64,000 nucleotides of DNA from an uncultured virus (IMG/VR IMGVR_UViG_3300042308_001786) (Duplodnaviria; Heunggongvirae; Uroviricota; Caudoviricetes), in the IMG/VR virus record IMGVR_UViG_3300042308_001786. One strand, given 5' to 3'. The position numbers and the translations under genes are program-made. This document shows, one piece after another, positions 53,113 to 63,572 of the stretch. The notes beneath the pieces were generated by a model, which worked only from the letters and a program-made list of their open reading frames with translations, was not told the DNA's origin and ran no database searches. The first letter of the stretch is position 1, and each line of letters begins with the position of its first letter.

Positions 53113-55623
53113 ATGGCTGTTCGCATTTCTGAACTCAATGCTCTGTCTGTTGATCTTTCTCAGGCAGATGAACTGCCCATTGTTGATATTAGCGCTGCTG
53201 AAACTAAAAAGATTACAGTAGCCAACATCTTTAATTATGGAATTAGTGGATCTCCATCAAGCTTCATTGATTTAAGCAAGCTTGATCAAGCTTCCACTAC
53301 AAAACTCTCTAATAATGTACTGAGTGACACTGGTGTAGCATCTGGCACTTATGGCGATGCGGCTACTGTTGCTCAATTTGTAGTTAATAGCAAGGGCGTC
53401 ATCACAGCCGCCACTGGCATCACCATTGCCATTACAGCAAGCAGCATTACTGGGCTTGCTCCAGTGGCGACTAGCGGCACCTATGCAAGCCTGACTGGAC
53501 TTCCCACACTTGGGACACTCAGCAGTCAAGACGCGGGAAGCATCGTAGTTTCTGGGGGCACCATCAGCGGCGTCACCTTCATCTCTGGTGATGTAACAAT
53601 TAGTGGAGGAACAATCAGCGGCATCACGGATCTTGCCGTAGATGATGGAGGCACTGGCGCGTCTACGGCTTTAGGGGCGCGAGCGAATCTTGGGCTTGCC
53701 ATTGGCACTGACGTGCAGGCATATAGCTCTGTTCTTTTTGGAGTGGCAGAGCGTTATACAGCAGCCGATGAAATCATTTATTCTTCTGCATCGGGAGTAT
53801 TAGCCTCTACAACACTTTCATCATTTGGACGCACCATTGCTTCTGGAGCTGATGCAGCAGCAGTGCGCTCTTCTTTAGGGCTTGGTGATATCGCCGTTCA
53901 AAACGCAGGAAGCGTTGCAATTAGTGGCGGCACCATTTCTGGTATCACTGATCTTGCTATTGCCGATGGGGGCACTGGTGCTTCTACTGCTTCTGATGCC
54001 CGTACAAATCTTGGTCTTGCCATTGGCACGGACGTGCAAGCGTATGATGCTGGACTTGCTTCCATTGCTGGGCTCTCTACTAGTGCAGATGAGCTTATTT
54101 ATTTAACGGGAGCTGACACTTATGCAGTGTCGTCATTCCCTGCTTATTCGCGTGGTCTTATTGCAAGTGGTAATAGCGCAGCAGATACTCGCACTAATCT
54201 TGGGCTTGGTTCACTTGCCGTTTTAAACCTTGTTGGCTCGGGATATATTGATAATGGTGTTATTACTAGCGTTAATATTGCCGCTGGTTCTCTCACTTTT
54301 GATAGCTATGGAAGCGAAAGTGTTGTTACGGCAGCTATTTCTGGAAGCGCTGTTACTACGGCAAAGATAGCCGATAATGCCATCACCGCAGCAAAAATAG
54401 GAGATAATTCATCCACTATTGTTGCGAATGGCTCCCCAACCGCTTCTGGTGATTTCATTGGCCAGCAATACATTGATACTGCCACGTATTTTGAATATAC
54501 GTGGGACGGAGATTCTTGGGAGCGGCAAGCTGCAATTAGTGAAATTAGCTTTGTTGATTCTTCTCCCATTGCCTTCACTGTTAGCTATCCAGATAATTTC
54601 TCCGCCACAATTACCAGCTCTCTTGATGACCAAGTTGTTAATAGTGTTTTTGCTGGTCCTTCCAGTGGAACTACTGGCACCCCATCGTTTAGGGCGCTTG
54701 CCTCTTCAGACCTGCCTGTTGCTACCAGTGTAGACAAAGGCGCTGTTTATCCAGGCGCTGGTTTATCAGTTGATGGCACTGGCGAAATTGGCCATACCAA
54801 TGCAGCCGTTGCAGGAACGTATACGGGCTCAATTACTATTGATGCTCAAGGGCACATTGTTTCTGCTAATGCCGCATTAGCGGCTTCGGACATTCCAAAT
54901 CTTGATGCAAGCAAAATTACCACTGGCACATTTGGAAGCACGTTTTTAGCTGAGAATAGCGTCACGGCTTCTCAACTTGCTGATTATGGCATTGCGCAAG
55001 TTAGTGAAAGTGCTCCCACTCCTGAATTTGCTGGTCAATGGTGGATTAATCCTAATGACCGTTCTGCTTATATCTGGGTGGGTGAAGTGGCGCCTGTTCC
55101 CAACGGTTATTGGCTGAACCTTGGTTATGGCAGTCCCACTCAAATTAACCTTCGTTTTGGTGGCACTTATAACGCTTCTGGCAATATAGTTGAAAGCATC
55201 AATAGCTACGGCATTGAAGCTGGGCTTACTGTTGGGCAATCGCTTTCCGCCCCAAACACTAGCAATAATGGCGTCTATTTAATTGTCACTGCTTCTGGTG
55301 TGGGCACTGCTCCTGCGCCCACTGAAAGCCTTTCCATTGGTAACTGGGTGCTGTCGCAGGGCGTGGGTGCATCTTGGACTAAGGTCAATTTGAGCAGCGC
55401 AGTGGCTGGTGTTGGCGACCAAGACGTACTAGTTGATGGCAACGCATTATCGCCAGTGGCATCTGGCGTGGCCAGTCAGGAAGATCTTAATGAGCTTGTA
55501 TGGGCAAGAGTGCAACTTGCCACAGCTAGCACCACTGGCATTGTGAGGGGATCTTCAGAAGTGGTCGTTGCAGCTAGCACTGGCATCATGAGCATTGGCA
55601 CTGTCGATGATGGTTCGTACTGA
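53113..55623 (+). CDS. tail fibre protein
   Basis: RISEL, G/T/S-rich; repeated ISGGTISGITDLA..DGGTGAS..AR.NLGLAIGTDVQAY. Confidence 0.8.
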   Translation: MAVRISELNALSVDLSQADELPIVDISAAETKKITVANIFNYGISGSPSSFIDLSKLDQASTTKLSNNVLSDTGVASGTYGDAATVAQFVVNSKGVITAATGITIAITASSITGLAPVATSGTYASLTGLPTLGTLSSQDAGSIVVSGGTISGVTFISGDVTISGGTISGITDLAVDDGGTGASTALGARANLGLAIGTDVQAYSSVLFGVAERYTAADEIIYSSASGVLASTTLSSFGRTIASGADAAAVRSSLGLGDIAVQNAGSVAISGGTISGITDLAIADGGTGASTASDARTNLGLAIGTDVQAYDAGLASIAGLSTSADELIYLTGADTYAVSSFPAYSRGLIASGNSAADTRTNLGLGSLAVLNLVGSGYIDNGVITSVNIAAGSLTFDSYGSESVVTAAISGSAVTTAKIADNAITAAKIGDNSSTIVANGSPTASGDFIGQQYIDTATYFEYTWDGDSWERQAAISEISFVDSSPIAFTVSYPDNFSATITSSLDDQVVNSVFAGPSSGTTGTPSFRALASSDLPVATSVDKGAVYPGAGLSVDGTGEIGHTNAAVAGTYTGSITIDAQGHIVSANAALAASDIPNLDASKITTGTFGSTFLAENSVTASQLADYGIAQVSESAPTPEFAGQWWINPNDRSAYIWVGEVAPVPNGYWLNLGYGSPTQINLRFGGTYNASGNIVESINSYGIEAGLTVGQSLSAPNTSNNGVYLIVTASGVGTAPAPTESLSIGNWVLSQGVGASWTKVNLSSAVAGVGDQDVLVDGNALSPVASGVASQEDLNELVWARVQLATASTTGIVRGSSEVVVAASTGIMSIGTVDDGSY

Positions 55624-55645
55624 TCATCATGCAAGGAGAAAGTAA

Positions 55646-55810
55646 ATGCACGACAAATTTGTCTATGCAGGAAAAGAAATTCCTCCTTATGGTGACTACG
55701 GTCAAGTGTTGGTAAAAACAAGCAAAGCTTTTTATTACACTGCATGGTCCGACATAGATCATATTATCAACGACACAAATGCTGAAATAGACGAAGGCGA
55801 ATATACTTAG
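55646..55810 (+). CDS. small tail-associated hypothetical protein
   Basis: Read manually (MHDKFVYAGKEIPPYGDYGQVLVK...IDEGEYT); AGGAG upstream. Confidence 0.55.
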   Translation: MHDKFVYAGKEIPPYGDYGQVLVKTSKAFYYTAWSDIDHIINDTNAEIDEGEYT

Positions 55811-55862
55811 CTTTAGAATGAGGCAATGTTAATGCCGCCATTTTGGCTCGGCTTCCATTGCT

Positions 55863-58800
55863 ATGGCTTCCATTCTTAAGCATCTTCGTTCGTCCACTGC
55901 TAATAAGCGCCCTACTGCTTCGGGGCTTGCAGACGGACAAATTGCCATCAATACTGCTTCTGGCACTCCTGCAATGTTCTTTAAGGACAGTGCAGGAAAT
56001 GTAGTGAAAGTTGGCCCTGCCCATGTGGGAACTAGCGCTCCCAATGCAAGTCCCGCTGGCAGCGCTGGCAATTCAACGGGCGAACTGTGGGTGGATAATA
56101 GCCTGACAACGCCTGGTCTTAATTATTACACTGGCAGCGCTTTTGTTAATCTTACGCCTTCTGGCACAACTAGCACTGTTGGTTTAGTTGAACTTGCTAC
56201 TAATGCTGAAACGCAAGCTGGCAGTGACGCAGTGAGGGCCGTCACTTCTGCTGGTTTACAGAGCAAGCTTAGTGATTCAACTAGCACTACAAGCTCTACC
56301 ACCATCGCTTCTTCTACTGCAGTGAAGAGCGCTTATGATCTTGCTAATGCTGCACTGCCCAAGTCTGGCGGCACTCTCACTGGAGAGCTTTTAATTAGCC
56401 CTAGTGGCAGCCTTGTTTTTGAAGGAAGTTCGGACGATAGCTTTGAAACAACAATAGCAGTGACTAATCCCACTGCTGATCGCACCATTACTTTCCCCAA
56501 TGTCACTGGCACTGTAATTACCACTGGCGATACTGGTAGTGTTACCAGCACGATGATTGCTAATGATACTATTGTCGATGCGGATATCAATGCAAGTGCT
56601 GCGATTGCTCCGAGCAAGCTTGGTTCTGGAGCATTGCCTAGTGGGGTGACAGTAGCCAGTGCCAACATTGTTGATGGCACCATTGTTAATGCGGATGTAA
56701 ATGCTAGTGCCGCGATTGCTGGTACAAAAATTAGCCCTGATTTTGGCGGGCAGAATGTCGTTACTACGGGTAATGTCACTGGAGCAGCGCTGATTCCTTC
56801 TAGTAGCACTGTTCCGACAAATGGCGTTTATTTGCCATCAGCAAATAACGTAGCCATCTCGACTAATGGCACTGGGCGGTTGTTTGTTGATGCGAGCGGA
56901 AGTGTTGGGGTTGGTGTTGGAAATCCAAATGATAAACTCCACGTTTTAGAATCGAGTGCATCAGCGGCAGCAGCTACTAGTGCTTCAGTTGCACAATTTG
57001 AGAGGGCGGGCAATGCCGCGATCACTGTTTCTACGGCGGATAGCGGAGCAGCGTCTATTTACTTTGGAGATACAGCTTCATCAACAGTAGGTACTATTCA
57101 ATACAACCACTCAGATAACTCACTGTTATTTGGCACAAATAACGCTGAACGCCTCCGCATCACATCGGACGGGAAGCTAGGTCTGGGGACTAGTGCGCCT
57201 GGCTCTTTGCTACATACCACTGGATCCAGAGACTACACAGGCTCAACCCCTAATTACAGTTCGTACGACGTTAATTTTCAATCAGGAACTGCATCTTTAG
57301 CTATTGGTCAGTCCAATGGAATACCAACAATTCAAGGACATGGCACAGGTACTTCTTACAACCTAGCTTTATGCCCTAACGCTGGCCGCGTAGGGATTGG
57401 CACTACGAGCCCTAGCGAAGCCCTTGAAGTGGCGGGCAATGCGATTCTGGACGCTACCGATGCAACACTAAAAATTAAAGCAGGTACCACTGGAACCACT
57501 GGCGCTCTTAACTTTACCTTTAACACAGACTCAACTGTTTATGGTGGCGTAGATCTTGCCTACGACACAAGGGCTACCGTTGGCACGCGCTTCTTCTCTG
57601 GCTATCCAATAACTATTCAGTCTGGCGCGTCAACAAACGCAATTATTTTTAAGCAAGGCAGCACTGACGAACGCGCCCGCGTCGACAGCTCCGGCAGGCT
57701 GTTAGTTGGCACGTCTACTAGCCGTACAGCAGATGGTTATGCAAGTGGACTTCAGCTTGAGGGGACTACAAATTATCAATCTGCATCAATAAGCCTTACT
57801 CATAACAGGGCCGATACTGGCGCCCCGGAGTTTAGGTTTTGCAAGTCAAGGGGGACTAGCGCCGGAGCGGTAACACTTGTCAACTCGGGAGATATTTTAG
57901 GCAGGCTTTATTTTTATGGTACTGATGGCTCAGCAGCAATTCAAGCCGCACGTATTTCCGCCGAAGTAGACGGCACCCCTGGCACTAACGACATGCCGGG
58001 CAGGCTTGTCTTTTCGACCACCGCCGACGGAGCGAGCAGCCCGACGGAGAGGATGAGGATTACATCAGGAGGAAACGTAGGGATTGGCACTACGAGTCCT
58101 GGCTACATCCTTGAAACCGCAGGAGACATTCGGATCAATCCCCCATCCGGAAACGCTGTATTTCGGTTTGGACGCGCTGGTTCTAACGACTGGGCAATAT
58201 ACAACGATACTTCAGATAATCTTGTTTTCTACAGTGATGCTGGTGGTGCAGAACGCGCCCGCATCGACAGCTCAGGCCGCGTAGGAATCGGCACCACGAG
58301 TCCTGGAGCAAATTTAGATATTGCAGGCGCAACTTTTGCAAACCTTTTTCTTACTGATATTGCCGCGGGTGCTAGTGCGGCTATTTATGGAGATGGAGGA
58401 TCTATTGATTTAAGGGCTAACAACAGCAGTGACAACTCTTTTCTTATTACGTCTGATTCGCACAGATTTCGGGTTTCAGGCAGTGAACGCGCACGCATCG
58501 ACAGCTCCGGCAGGTTGTTAATTGGCACGTCTAGTGCAATCAGCACCAATGGCGTAACTGCAGGCGTTGAACTACACAGCACCGCCACCAACAATGGCGC
58601 GTCACTGTCTATAGCAAGATTTAATACCGATGCAACCGCAGGTCAGTTAATACTGGCCAAGAGCAGAAACGCGACAGTCGCCGCTGGAACGATTGTTCAA
58701 AATGGTGATGAGTTGGGGCAATTGGTTTTCAATGGTGATGATGGCACGGATCTTGCTACTCCGGCAGCTCGTATTCAGTGTTTTGTAGACGGCACCCCCG

Positions 58801-59225
58801 GCCTCAACGACATGCCGGGCAGGCTTGTGCTGTCGGTCACCTTGGACGGTGCCTCCTCGCCCACCGAAGCTCTCCGCATCACCAACGACCGGGTGATTGC
58901 CTACAACCAGCCCGATGTCACCAGTAAGAGCGCCGCCGCAACCCTGACGGTGGCTGAGCTGAAAACTGGCATCATTCAGTACACCGGTGCTGCTGCCACA
59001 CTCACCCTCCCCACCGGAACCCTTACCGAGGGTGGCTTCAACGGCATCTACACCAACATGACCTTTGAATGGTCTGTGATCAATACGGGCTCCGGCACCT
59101 GCACCATCGGTGCGGGCACTGGTCACACCATTGTTGGCAGCACCACTGTTGCGGCTGGCGCATCTGGTCGCTTTGCCTCACGGCGTACAGCAGCGAATAC
59201 GTTCGTGACCTATCGCTTGAGTTAG
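55863..59225 (+). CDS. long tail fibre/receptor-binding protein
   Basis: HLRSSTANKRP N-terminus; repeated ERARIDSSGRVGIGT and DMPGRLVF modules. Confidence 0.85.
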   Translation: MASILKHLRSSTANKRPTASGLADGQIAINTASGTPAMFFKDSAGNVVKVGPAHVGTSAPNASPAGSAGNSTGELWVDNSLTTPGLNYYTGSAFVNLTPSGTTSTVGLVELATNAETQAGSDAVRAVTSAGLQSKLSDSTSTTSSTTIASSTAVKSAYDLANAALPKSGGTLTGELLISPSGSLVFEGSSDDSFETTIAVTNPTADRTITFPNVTGTVITTGDTGSVTSTMIANDTIVDADINASAAIAPSKLGSGALPSGVTVASANIVDGTIVNADVNASAAIAGTKISPDFGGQNVVTTGNVTGAALIPSSSTVPTNGVYLPSANNVAISTNGTGRLFVDASGSVGVGVGNPNDKLHVLESSASAAAATSASVAQFERAGNAAITVSTADSGAASIYFGDTASSTVGTIQYNHSDNSLLFGTNNAERLRITSDGKLGLGTSAPGSLLHTTGSRDYTGSTPNYSSYDVNFQSGTASLAIGQSNGIPTIQGHGTGTSYNLALCPNAGRVGIGTTSPSEALEVAGNAILDATDATLKIKAGTTGTTGALNFTFNTDSTVYGGVDLAYDTRATVGTRFFSGYPITIQSGASTNAIIFKQGSTDERARVDSSGRLLVGTSTSRTADGYASGLQLEGTTNYQSASISLTHNRADTGAPEFRFCKSRGTSAGAVTLVNSGDILGRLYFYGTDGSAAIQAARISAEVDGTPGTNDMPGRLVFSTTADGASSPTERMRITSGGNVGIGTTSPGYILETAGDIRINPPSGNAVFRFGRAGSNDWAIYNDTSDNLVFYSDAGGAERARIDSSGRVGIGTTSPGANLDIAGATFANLFLTDIAAGASAAIYGDGGSIDLRANNSSDNSFLITSDSHRFRVSGSERARIDSSGRLLIGTSSAISTNGVTAGVELHSTATNNGASLSIARFNTDATAGQLILAKSRNATVAAGTIVQNGDELGQLVFNGDDGTDLATPAARIQCFVDGTPGLNDMPGRLVLSVTLDGASSPTEALRITNDRVIAYNQPDVTSKSAAATLTVAELKTGIIQYTGAAATLTLPTGTLTEGGFNGIYTNMTFEWSVINTGSGTCTIGAGTGHTIVGSTTVAAGASGRFASRRTAANTFVTYRLS

Positions 59226-59316
59226 TAGTTTTACTCACTAAAAAAAACAAGGGGCGGCATTCCACCGTCCCTTTTCTTTTTCATCGCTTAAACTAACTAA
59301 GACTAATTGATTGATC

Positions 59317-59631
59317 ATGGCCACTGAATTCACTTGGAACATCGCTCAGATGGAGCGAGCCCTTTCTGACGGAATCGTCATGACTGTTCACTACACCATT
59401 GAAGCTTTTGATGGCGCTTATCGTTCGTCTGCATATGGCAGTCTCGGGCTTGAAGCTCCCGATGAAGATGAAATGATTCCCTACGCGGATCTTACGCCTG
59501 AAATTGTCATTGATTGGCTGAAGGAAAAATTTGGCGAGGAGAAGGTGCAAGAAATTTGCGACGCTCTCCAGGCTCAAATTGATCAGCAGAAAACTCCCAC
59601 CACTGGCACTGGTCTGCCTTGGGCTAGCTAA
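59317..59631 (+). CDS. tail fibre-associated small protein
   Basis: TWNIAQMER...IPYADLT.E.V..W...G.GLPW family found after cyanophage fibres. Confidence 0.75.
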   Translation: MATEFTWNIAQMERALSDGIVMTVHYTIEAFDGAYRSSAYGSLGLEAPDEDEMIPYADLTPEIVIDWLKEKFGEEKVQEICDALQAQIDQQKTPTTGTGLPWAS

Positions 59632-59654
59632 GCTTTTATTTTCATCGTCCTTCC

Positions 59655-59792
59655 ATGGCGGCAAAATCAAAGATTGGCATCAGTGGACAAAAGCTGTTTA
59701 CGCCTGGCAAACCTAAAAAATCTGCCCAGGGACAAGGTAAAAACAGCAAACCGAGTCATGGACGCAAGAAAATGCGCGGACAAGGTAAATAA
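59655..59792 (+). CDS. small basic protein (MAAKSK...PKKSAQGQGKNSK...KKMRGQGK)
   Basis: Read manually; motif recalled from cyanophages; terminator follows at about 59796-59821. Confidence 0.7.
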   Translation: MAAKSKIGISGQKLFTPGKPKKSAQGQGKNSKPSHGRKKMRGQGK

Positions 59793-59852
59793 GCGAAGGG
59801 GCCGAAAGGCCCTTTCTTTTTGCTCCTACAATAAAAGAAAGGCAGAATTGTC

Positions 59853-61076
59853 ATGGGACAAATTATTGCAGGTGGCGAACAGTTTGAAACTCATATTGAA
59901 GCCGACTATCGTGGAAAGATTTTACAAAAAGGACCAGATAGTGGGGCTGTAGATGCTTTTGGAAGACAGCGTACCAGTGCTCCTTATACGCTTTTTGATA
60001 GCACAATGCGCTATGACAAGCGTCCTGATCAATGGTTTGACAGTATTGTTGGTAGCGGCACTTCTACATTTTTGACGCATCAAAGCAGTGTTGCGATGAG
60101 TGCCACCACTGCATCGGGAGATACTGTTCTTCGTCGCACTAAGCAGAACTTTCCTTACCAAGCAGGCAAAAGCATGATGCTTTTGCAAAGCTTTGTAGGA
60201 GCTCCGCTTGCTTCTGGCCTCATTCAGGAAGTGGGAATTTTCAACGACCAGAATGGCGTGATGCTACGCGCCAGTGGTACCACGGTGCAGTTTGTCATTA
60301 GAAGCTACGCTTCTGGCACTATCAATGAAAATGCAGTAAATCAAAGCGATTGGAATATTAATACGCTCTCTTCTCTTGATTTTTCAAAAGCACAAATCTT
60401 TACTGCTGATCTGGAATGGCTTGGCGTGGGGCGTGTTCGGTGTGGTTTTGTTATTGATGGAGAAATAGTGTATTGCCATGAGTTTGAACATTTCAATGCA
60501 TTGGACAGCGTTTATATGACAACAGCTATTTTGCCATTGTCATATCGCATTCATAATGCAACGGCTCAAGCTTCTTCTGCAACGATGAAGCACGTGTGTT
60601 GCAGCCTTTTAAGCGAAGGCGGCTACGAGCCAGATGGCGCCATTTATTCAGTTGGGCACGATCTTTCAACTGTATCTAATGCTTCTGGAGAGCGCATTAC
60701 TGCTGGTATTCGCATGGCTAGTGGTCGCACTGGCAATGTCATCCTTCCCGTGAGAATTTCTACTACTACTGCGTCTAGCGATGTGGTGTTATGGAGATTA
60801 CGGCTGAATCCTACGCTTTCTGGCGTAACTTGGAGCGCTGCCAACAATGGCAGGGGAAATGTGGAAGTGACGACCAGTGGCACTGCTTCTGGAGGCACCG
60901 TGATTGACTCAGGCTTTGTCAGCCAAGGCAGTGCTAATAACTATGCAGTGGCAGAAGCTATTCGCTTAGCGCTAGGGCAAAACGCCTCTGGCGTTAGCGA
61001 CACTTTGATTCTTACTGTGGACAGCAGCTTAAGCGCCAAGGCTTTAGGCATGATTGGCTGGGTGGAAGTAGTTTGA
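59853..61076 (+). CDS. putative virion structural protein
   Basis: DAFGRQRTS.PYTLFD, YQAGKS, DLEWLGVGRVR family. Confidence 0.7.
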   Translation: MGQIIAGGEQFETHIEADYRGKILQKGPDSGAVDAFGRQRTSAPYTLFDSTMRYDKRPDQWFDSIVGSGTSTFLTHQSSVAMSATTASGDTVLRRTKQNFPYQAGKSMMLLQSFVGAPLASGLIQEVGIFNDQNGVMLRASGTTVQFVIRSYASGTINENAVNQSDWNINTLSSLDFSKAQIFTADLEWLGVGRVRCGFVIDGEIVYCHEFEHFNALDSVYMTTAILPLSYRIHNATAQASSATMKHVCCSLLSEGGYEPDGAIYSVGHDLSTVSNASGERITAGIRMASGRTGNVILPVRISTTTASSDVVLWRLRLNPTLSGVTWSAANNGRGNVEVTTSGTASGGTVIDSGFVSQGSANNYAVAEAIRLALGQNASGVSDTLILTVDSSLSAKALGMIGWVEVV

Positions 61077-61109
61077 CCAGTTAAACTAAGGAGTCTTGCC
61101 TTTCCTTCA

Positions 61110-61319
61110 ATGGATGCTTTTAAGGACCAGTGGTATAAACAGCAAGTAGATCACATCTCTGACGCTCTTCAAGAGCTTCTCACTGATGATGATCCTTCTA
61201 TTGCCGCCAAGGGGCTAAGCGATGCCATTGCTAGCTGGGAAGATTATCACGAGAAGGAGCTAGCTAAATGGAAGCGCCTTAGGGCGCTTCTAAACTGGAA
61301 AGAGAGCGGTTTTCTTTAA
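61110..61319 (+). CDS. hypothetical protein
   Basis: 69 aa ORF. Confidence 0.6.
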   Translation: MDAFKDQWYKQQVDHISDALQELLTDDDPSIAAKGLSDAIASWEDYHEKELAKWKRLRALLNWKESGFL

Positions 61320-61411
61320 AGGTCTTCATTTTCTCTTTGAGCATCGTCTAAGATAAAAGGGCAGCGGAACTGCAATTCCCTGCCCACGGATACCTAAAGG
61401 AGGTAGGCATC

Positions 61412-61975
61412 ATGTCCATGATAGAAGAATGGCGCCCCATCGTTGGTTACGAGGGGCTTTACGAGGTGAGCAGCTTCGGTCGGGTCAGGAGCCTTGACCG
61501 AGCTTCGCGAGACAAGAATGGTCTACTCAAAAGGTTTAAAGGCAAAATCCTGTCTATTTGTATCAGAAAGAACAAGTATGGACAATACGCGATGGTTGGA
61601 TTACCATTAAAGGATGGTAGTAAAAATAATACGCGATATGTAGCGCATTTAGTGCTCGAAGCTTTTGGCTGTCTCCGCCCCAGCGGAATGGAGTGTTGTC
61701 ATTGTGACGGTAATTCGCTCAATAATCGAATTGATAATTTGCGCTGGGATACGCCCAAGGAAAATACAAAAGACAAATATAGGCACGGCACCGTTTTGTG
61801 GGGCTCAAAGAACCACCAAGCTCGGCTCACGGAGAAGCAAGTACTAGAAATACGAGCTAAATATATTCGCTACTCAAAAACTAAATCAAATAGCAGGCAG
61901 TTGGCAGATGAATACGGGGTTGACATACAGACTATAGGGAAAATTATTAGGCGAGAACGTTGGAAGCATATTTAA
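61412..61975 (+). CDS. NUMOD4-HNH homing endonuclease
   Basis: EEWRPIVGYEGLYEVSSFGRVRS; VAHLV; CH.DGN..NNRIDNLRW. Confidence 0.92.
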   Translation: MSMIEEWRPIVGYEGLYEVSSFGRVRSLDRASRDKNGLLKRFKGKILSICIRKNKYGQYAMVGLPLKDGSKNNTRYVAHLVLEAFGCLRPSGMECCHCDGNSLNNRIDNLRWDTPKENTKDKYRHGTVLWGSKNHQARLTEKQVLEIRAKYIRYSKTKSNSRQLADEYGVDIQTIGKIIRRERWKHI

Positions 61976-62910
61976 CCTTCTTGGAAAACGCTAATAAAGA
62001 CAGCTCCCTTGTCTGTTAGTGGCAAAATTTTATCGCGCAAATCAATATTACGAGCACGACAACAACCCATTGTTGGCATTAGTTTTTGATTTGGAGCCCA
62101 CGCGCCTGGCCACCCAAGTGCACTAGATCCGCCATGAAGCATGATCCCTGCACGCCCATTATCCCTTTCTTGCCCCTCTAGATCAATCATGTCAAAACTG
62201 TACCAGCCATAAGCCATAAGCGTACGATCATAGGCAGGTTTGTCGCCTACTCTGTCATAATCTCGATAAATCGTGCCTAGCTTGTACAGACCTGGAGGAC
62301 AATCACTGTTTTGGATGCGCCATTCAAAGTCACTATATTGCCCACGAGCAAGGCAAGGGATTTCCCACAATAGTTTTCCTTCATAGGAAAAAGCTTTCAT
62401 GGTTTCCACTGCATCGTTCACAACCAAATGCGAATCGCCAGGTTTAAAGCCAAAGTCTTGAGGACGCTTCTTGGGGCCAATCATAGTAAATTGCGTGGTT
62501 TCTGGGGCATATTCTTTCATGAGTTTAGAAAGCTTTGCAGGATAATCGGGATCCGTTGCATAGCTTTGTTCCTTGAGCATGCGTGCTGCCGCATAGCGAT
62601 TAGGCGCATTGTTCACGCCCTTAAATTGACGATAATCTTTGTACCAGCGGGTTACAAGATATTCAATGCAAGCAGCAAGGCTAGGGAAATCAATAAACCC
62701 TGCCTTAATTGTCACCCATTGACCGTCGTACCATTCTTGCGTGGTAGTAGTGGTGCCACTCCCCTTTAGGCCGAACGCATTCCATTGCCCAGAAAAATGC
62801 TTGCCAAAGCCACTCTCAAGCGCCCATTGGGCTGCCACTAGTTCAGGGAATCTGGCTCCGACTCTCTTGGCATGATCTTGAACTCCTTTCCATGTGTTGG
62901 GGATTTCCAT
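61972..62910 (-). CDS. endolysin: GH73 glucosaminidase plus L,D-transpeptidase-like domain
   Basis: AQWALESG, NAFGLKG, YATDPDY; C-terminal GIMLHGG...PTMGCCR. Confidence 0.85.
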   Translation of the reverse strand: MEIPNTWKGVQDHAKRVGARFPELVAAQWALESGFGKHFSGQWNAFGLKGSGTTTTTQEWYDGQWVTIKAGFIDFPSLAACIEYLVTRWYKDYRQFKGVNNAPNRYAAARMLKEQSYATDPDYPAKLSKLMKEYAPETTQFTMIGPKKRPQDFGFKPGDSHLVVNDAVETMKAFSYEGKLLWEIPCLARGQYSDFEWRIQNSDCPPGLYKLGTIYRDYDRVGDKPAYDRTLMAYGWYSFDMIDLEGQERDNGRAGIMLHGGSSALGWPGAWAPNQKLMPTMGCCRARNIDLRDKILPLTDKGAVFISVFQEG

Positions 62911-63010
62911 GGCTAGATCCTCTATTCATAAAGTCTAGCTGTTATGATTTTTGTGGGTCCGCGTGATTGCAGTCACCGAACCCGTGGATCACTCGCCTAA
63001 TCGAGCAACC

Positions 63011-63568
63011 ATGGACATTATCGCAGAAGAATGGCGCCCAGTGCCAGGCGCTGAAGGTCGTTACGAAGTTAGCAATCTTGGGCGTGTCAAAAGCCTAAGA
63101 CGAGTCGTCTCTTGTGGCATCCGACAAGGGAAACGGGCCTATCGGACTGTGCCAGAGAAAATATTAAAACCTGGACTTGACAAAGACGGCTATGCGCAAG
63201 TCTTAATAGCACAAACTGAGGGTGATAAATTTAAAAACACTAGAATTCATCAACTAGTAGCATTGGTGTTTCTTGGGCCTAAGCCAAAGGACAAATGGGT
63301 TCTGCATGGTCCCAATGGAAAAGAAGACAATAGCGTTGGAAATTTATACTATGGAACTCCCGCTCAAAATATTAAAGACAAGTGGAGGGACGGCACTATC
63401 ATTATTGGCGAAAAGCATCACAAAGCCAAACTAAAAGAGGCTGATGTTATTGAAGTTCGCGAGCTGTACGAGCAAGGCTTAACGTGCAAAGAAATCGCGG
63501 CTCGCTATAGCGTAGGCGATACCGCGATTGCAAAAATCATCAACAGAGAAAACTGGAAATGGCTCTAG
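63011..63568 (+). CDS. NUMOD4-HNH homing endonuclease
   Basis: EEWRPVPG.EGRYEVSNLGRVKS; IHQLVA; LH.....DNSVGNL. Confidence 0.92.
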   Translation: MDIIAEEWRPVPGAEGRYEVSNLGRVKSLRRVVSCGIRQGKRAYRTVPEKILKPGLDKDGYAQVLIAQTEGDKFKNTRIHQLVALVFLGPKPKDKWVLHGPNGKEDNSVGNLYYGTPAQNIKDKWRDGTIIIGEKHHKAKLKEADVIEVRELYEQGLTCKEIAARYSVGDTAIAKIINRENWKWL

Positions 63569-63572
63569 TCTT

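Noticed and set aside
55863..59225. Diversity-generating retroelement target
   Set aside because: No reverse transcriptase in the window, and the repeats do not show adenine-specific differences
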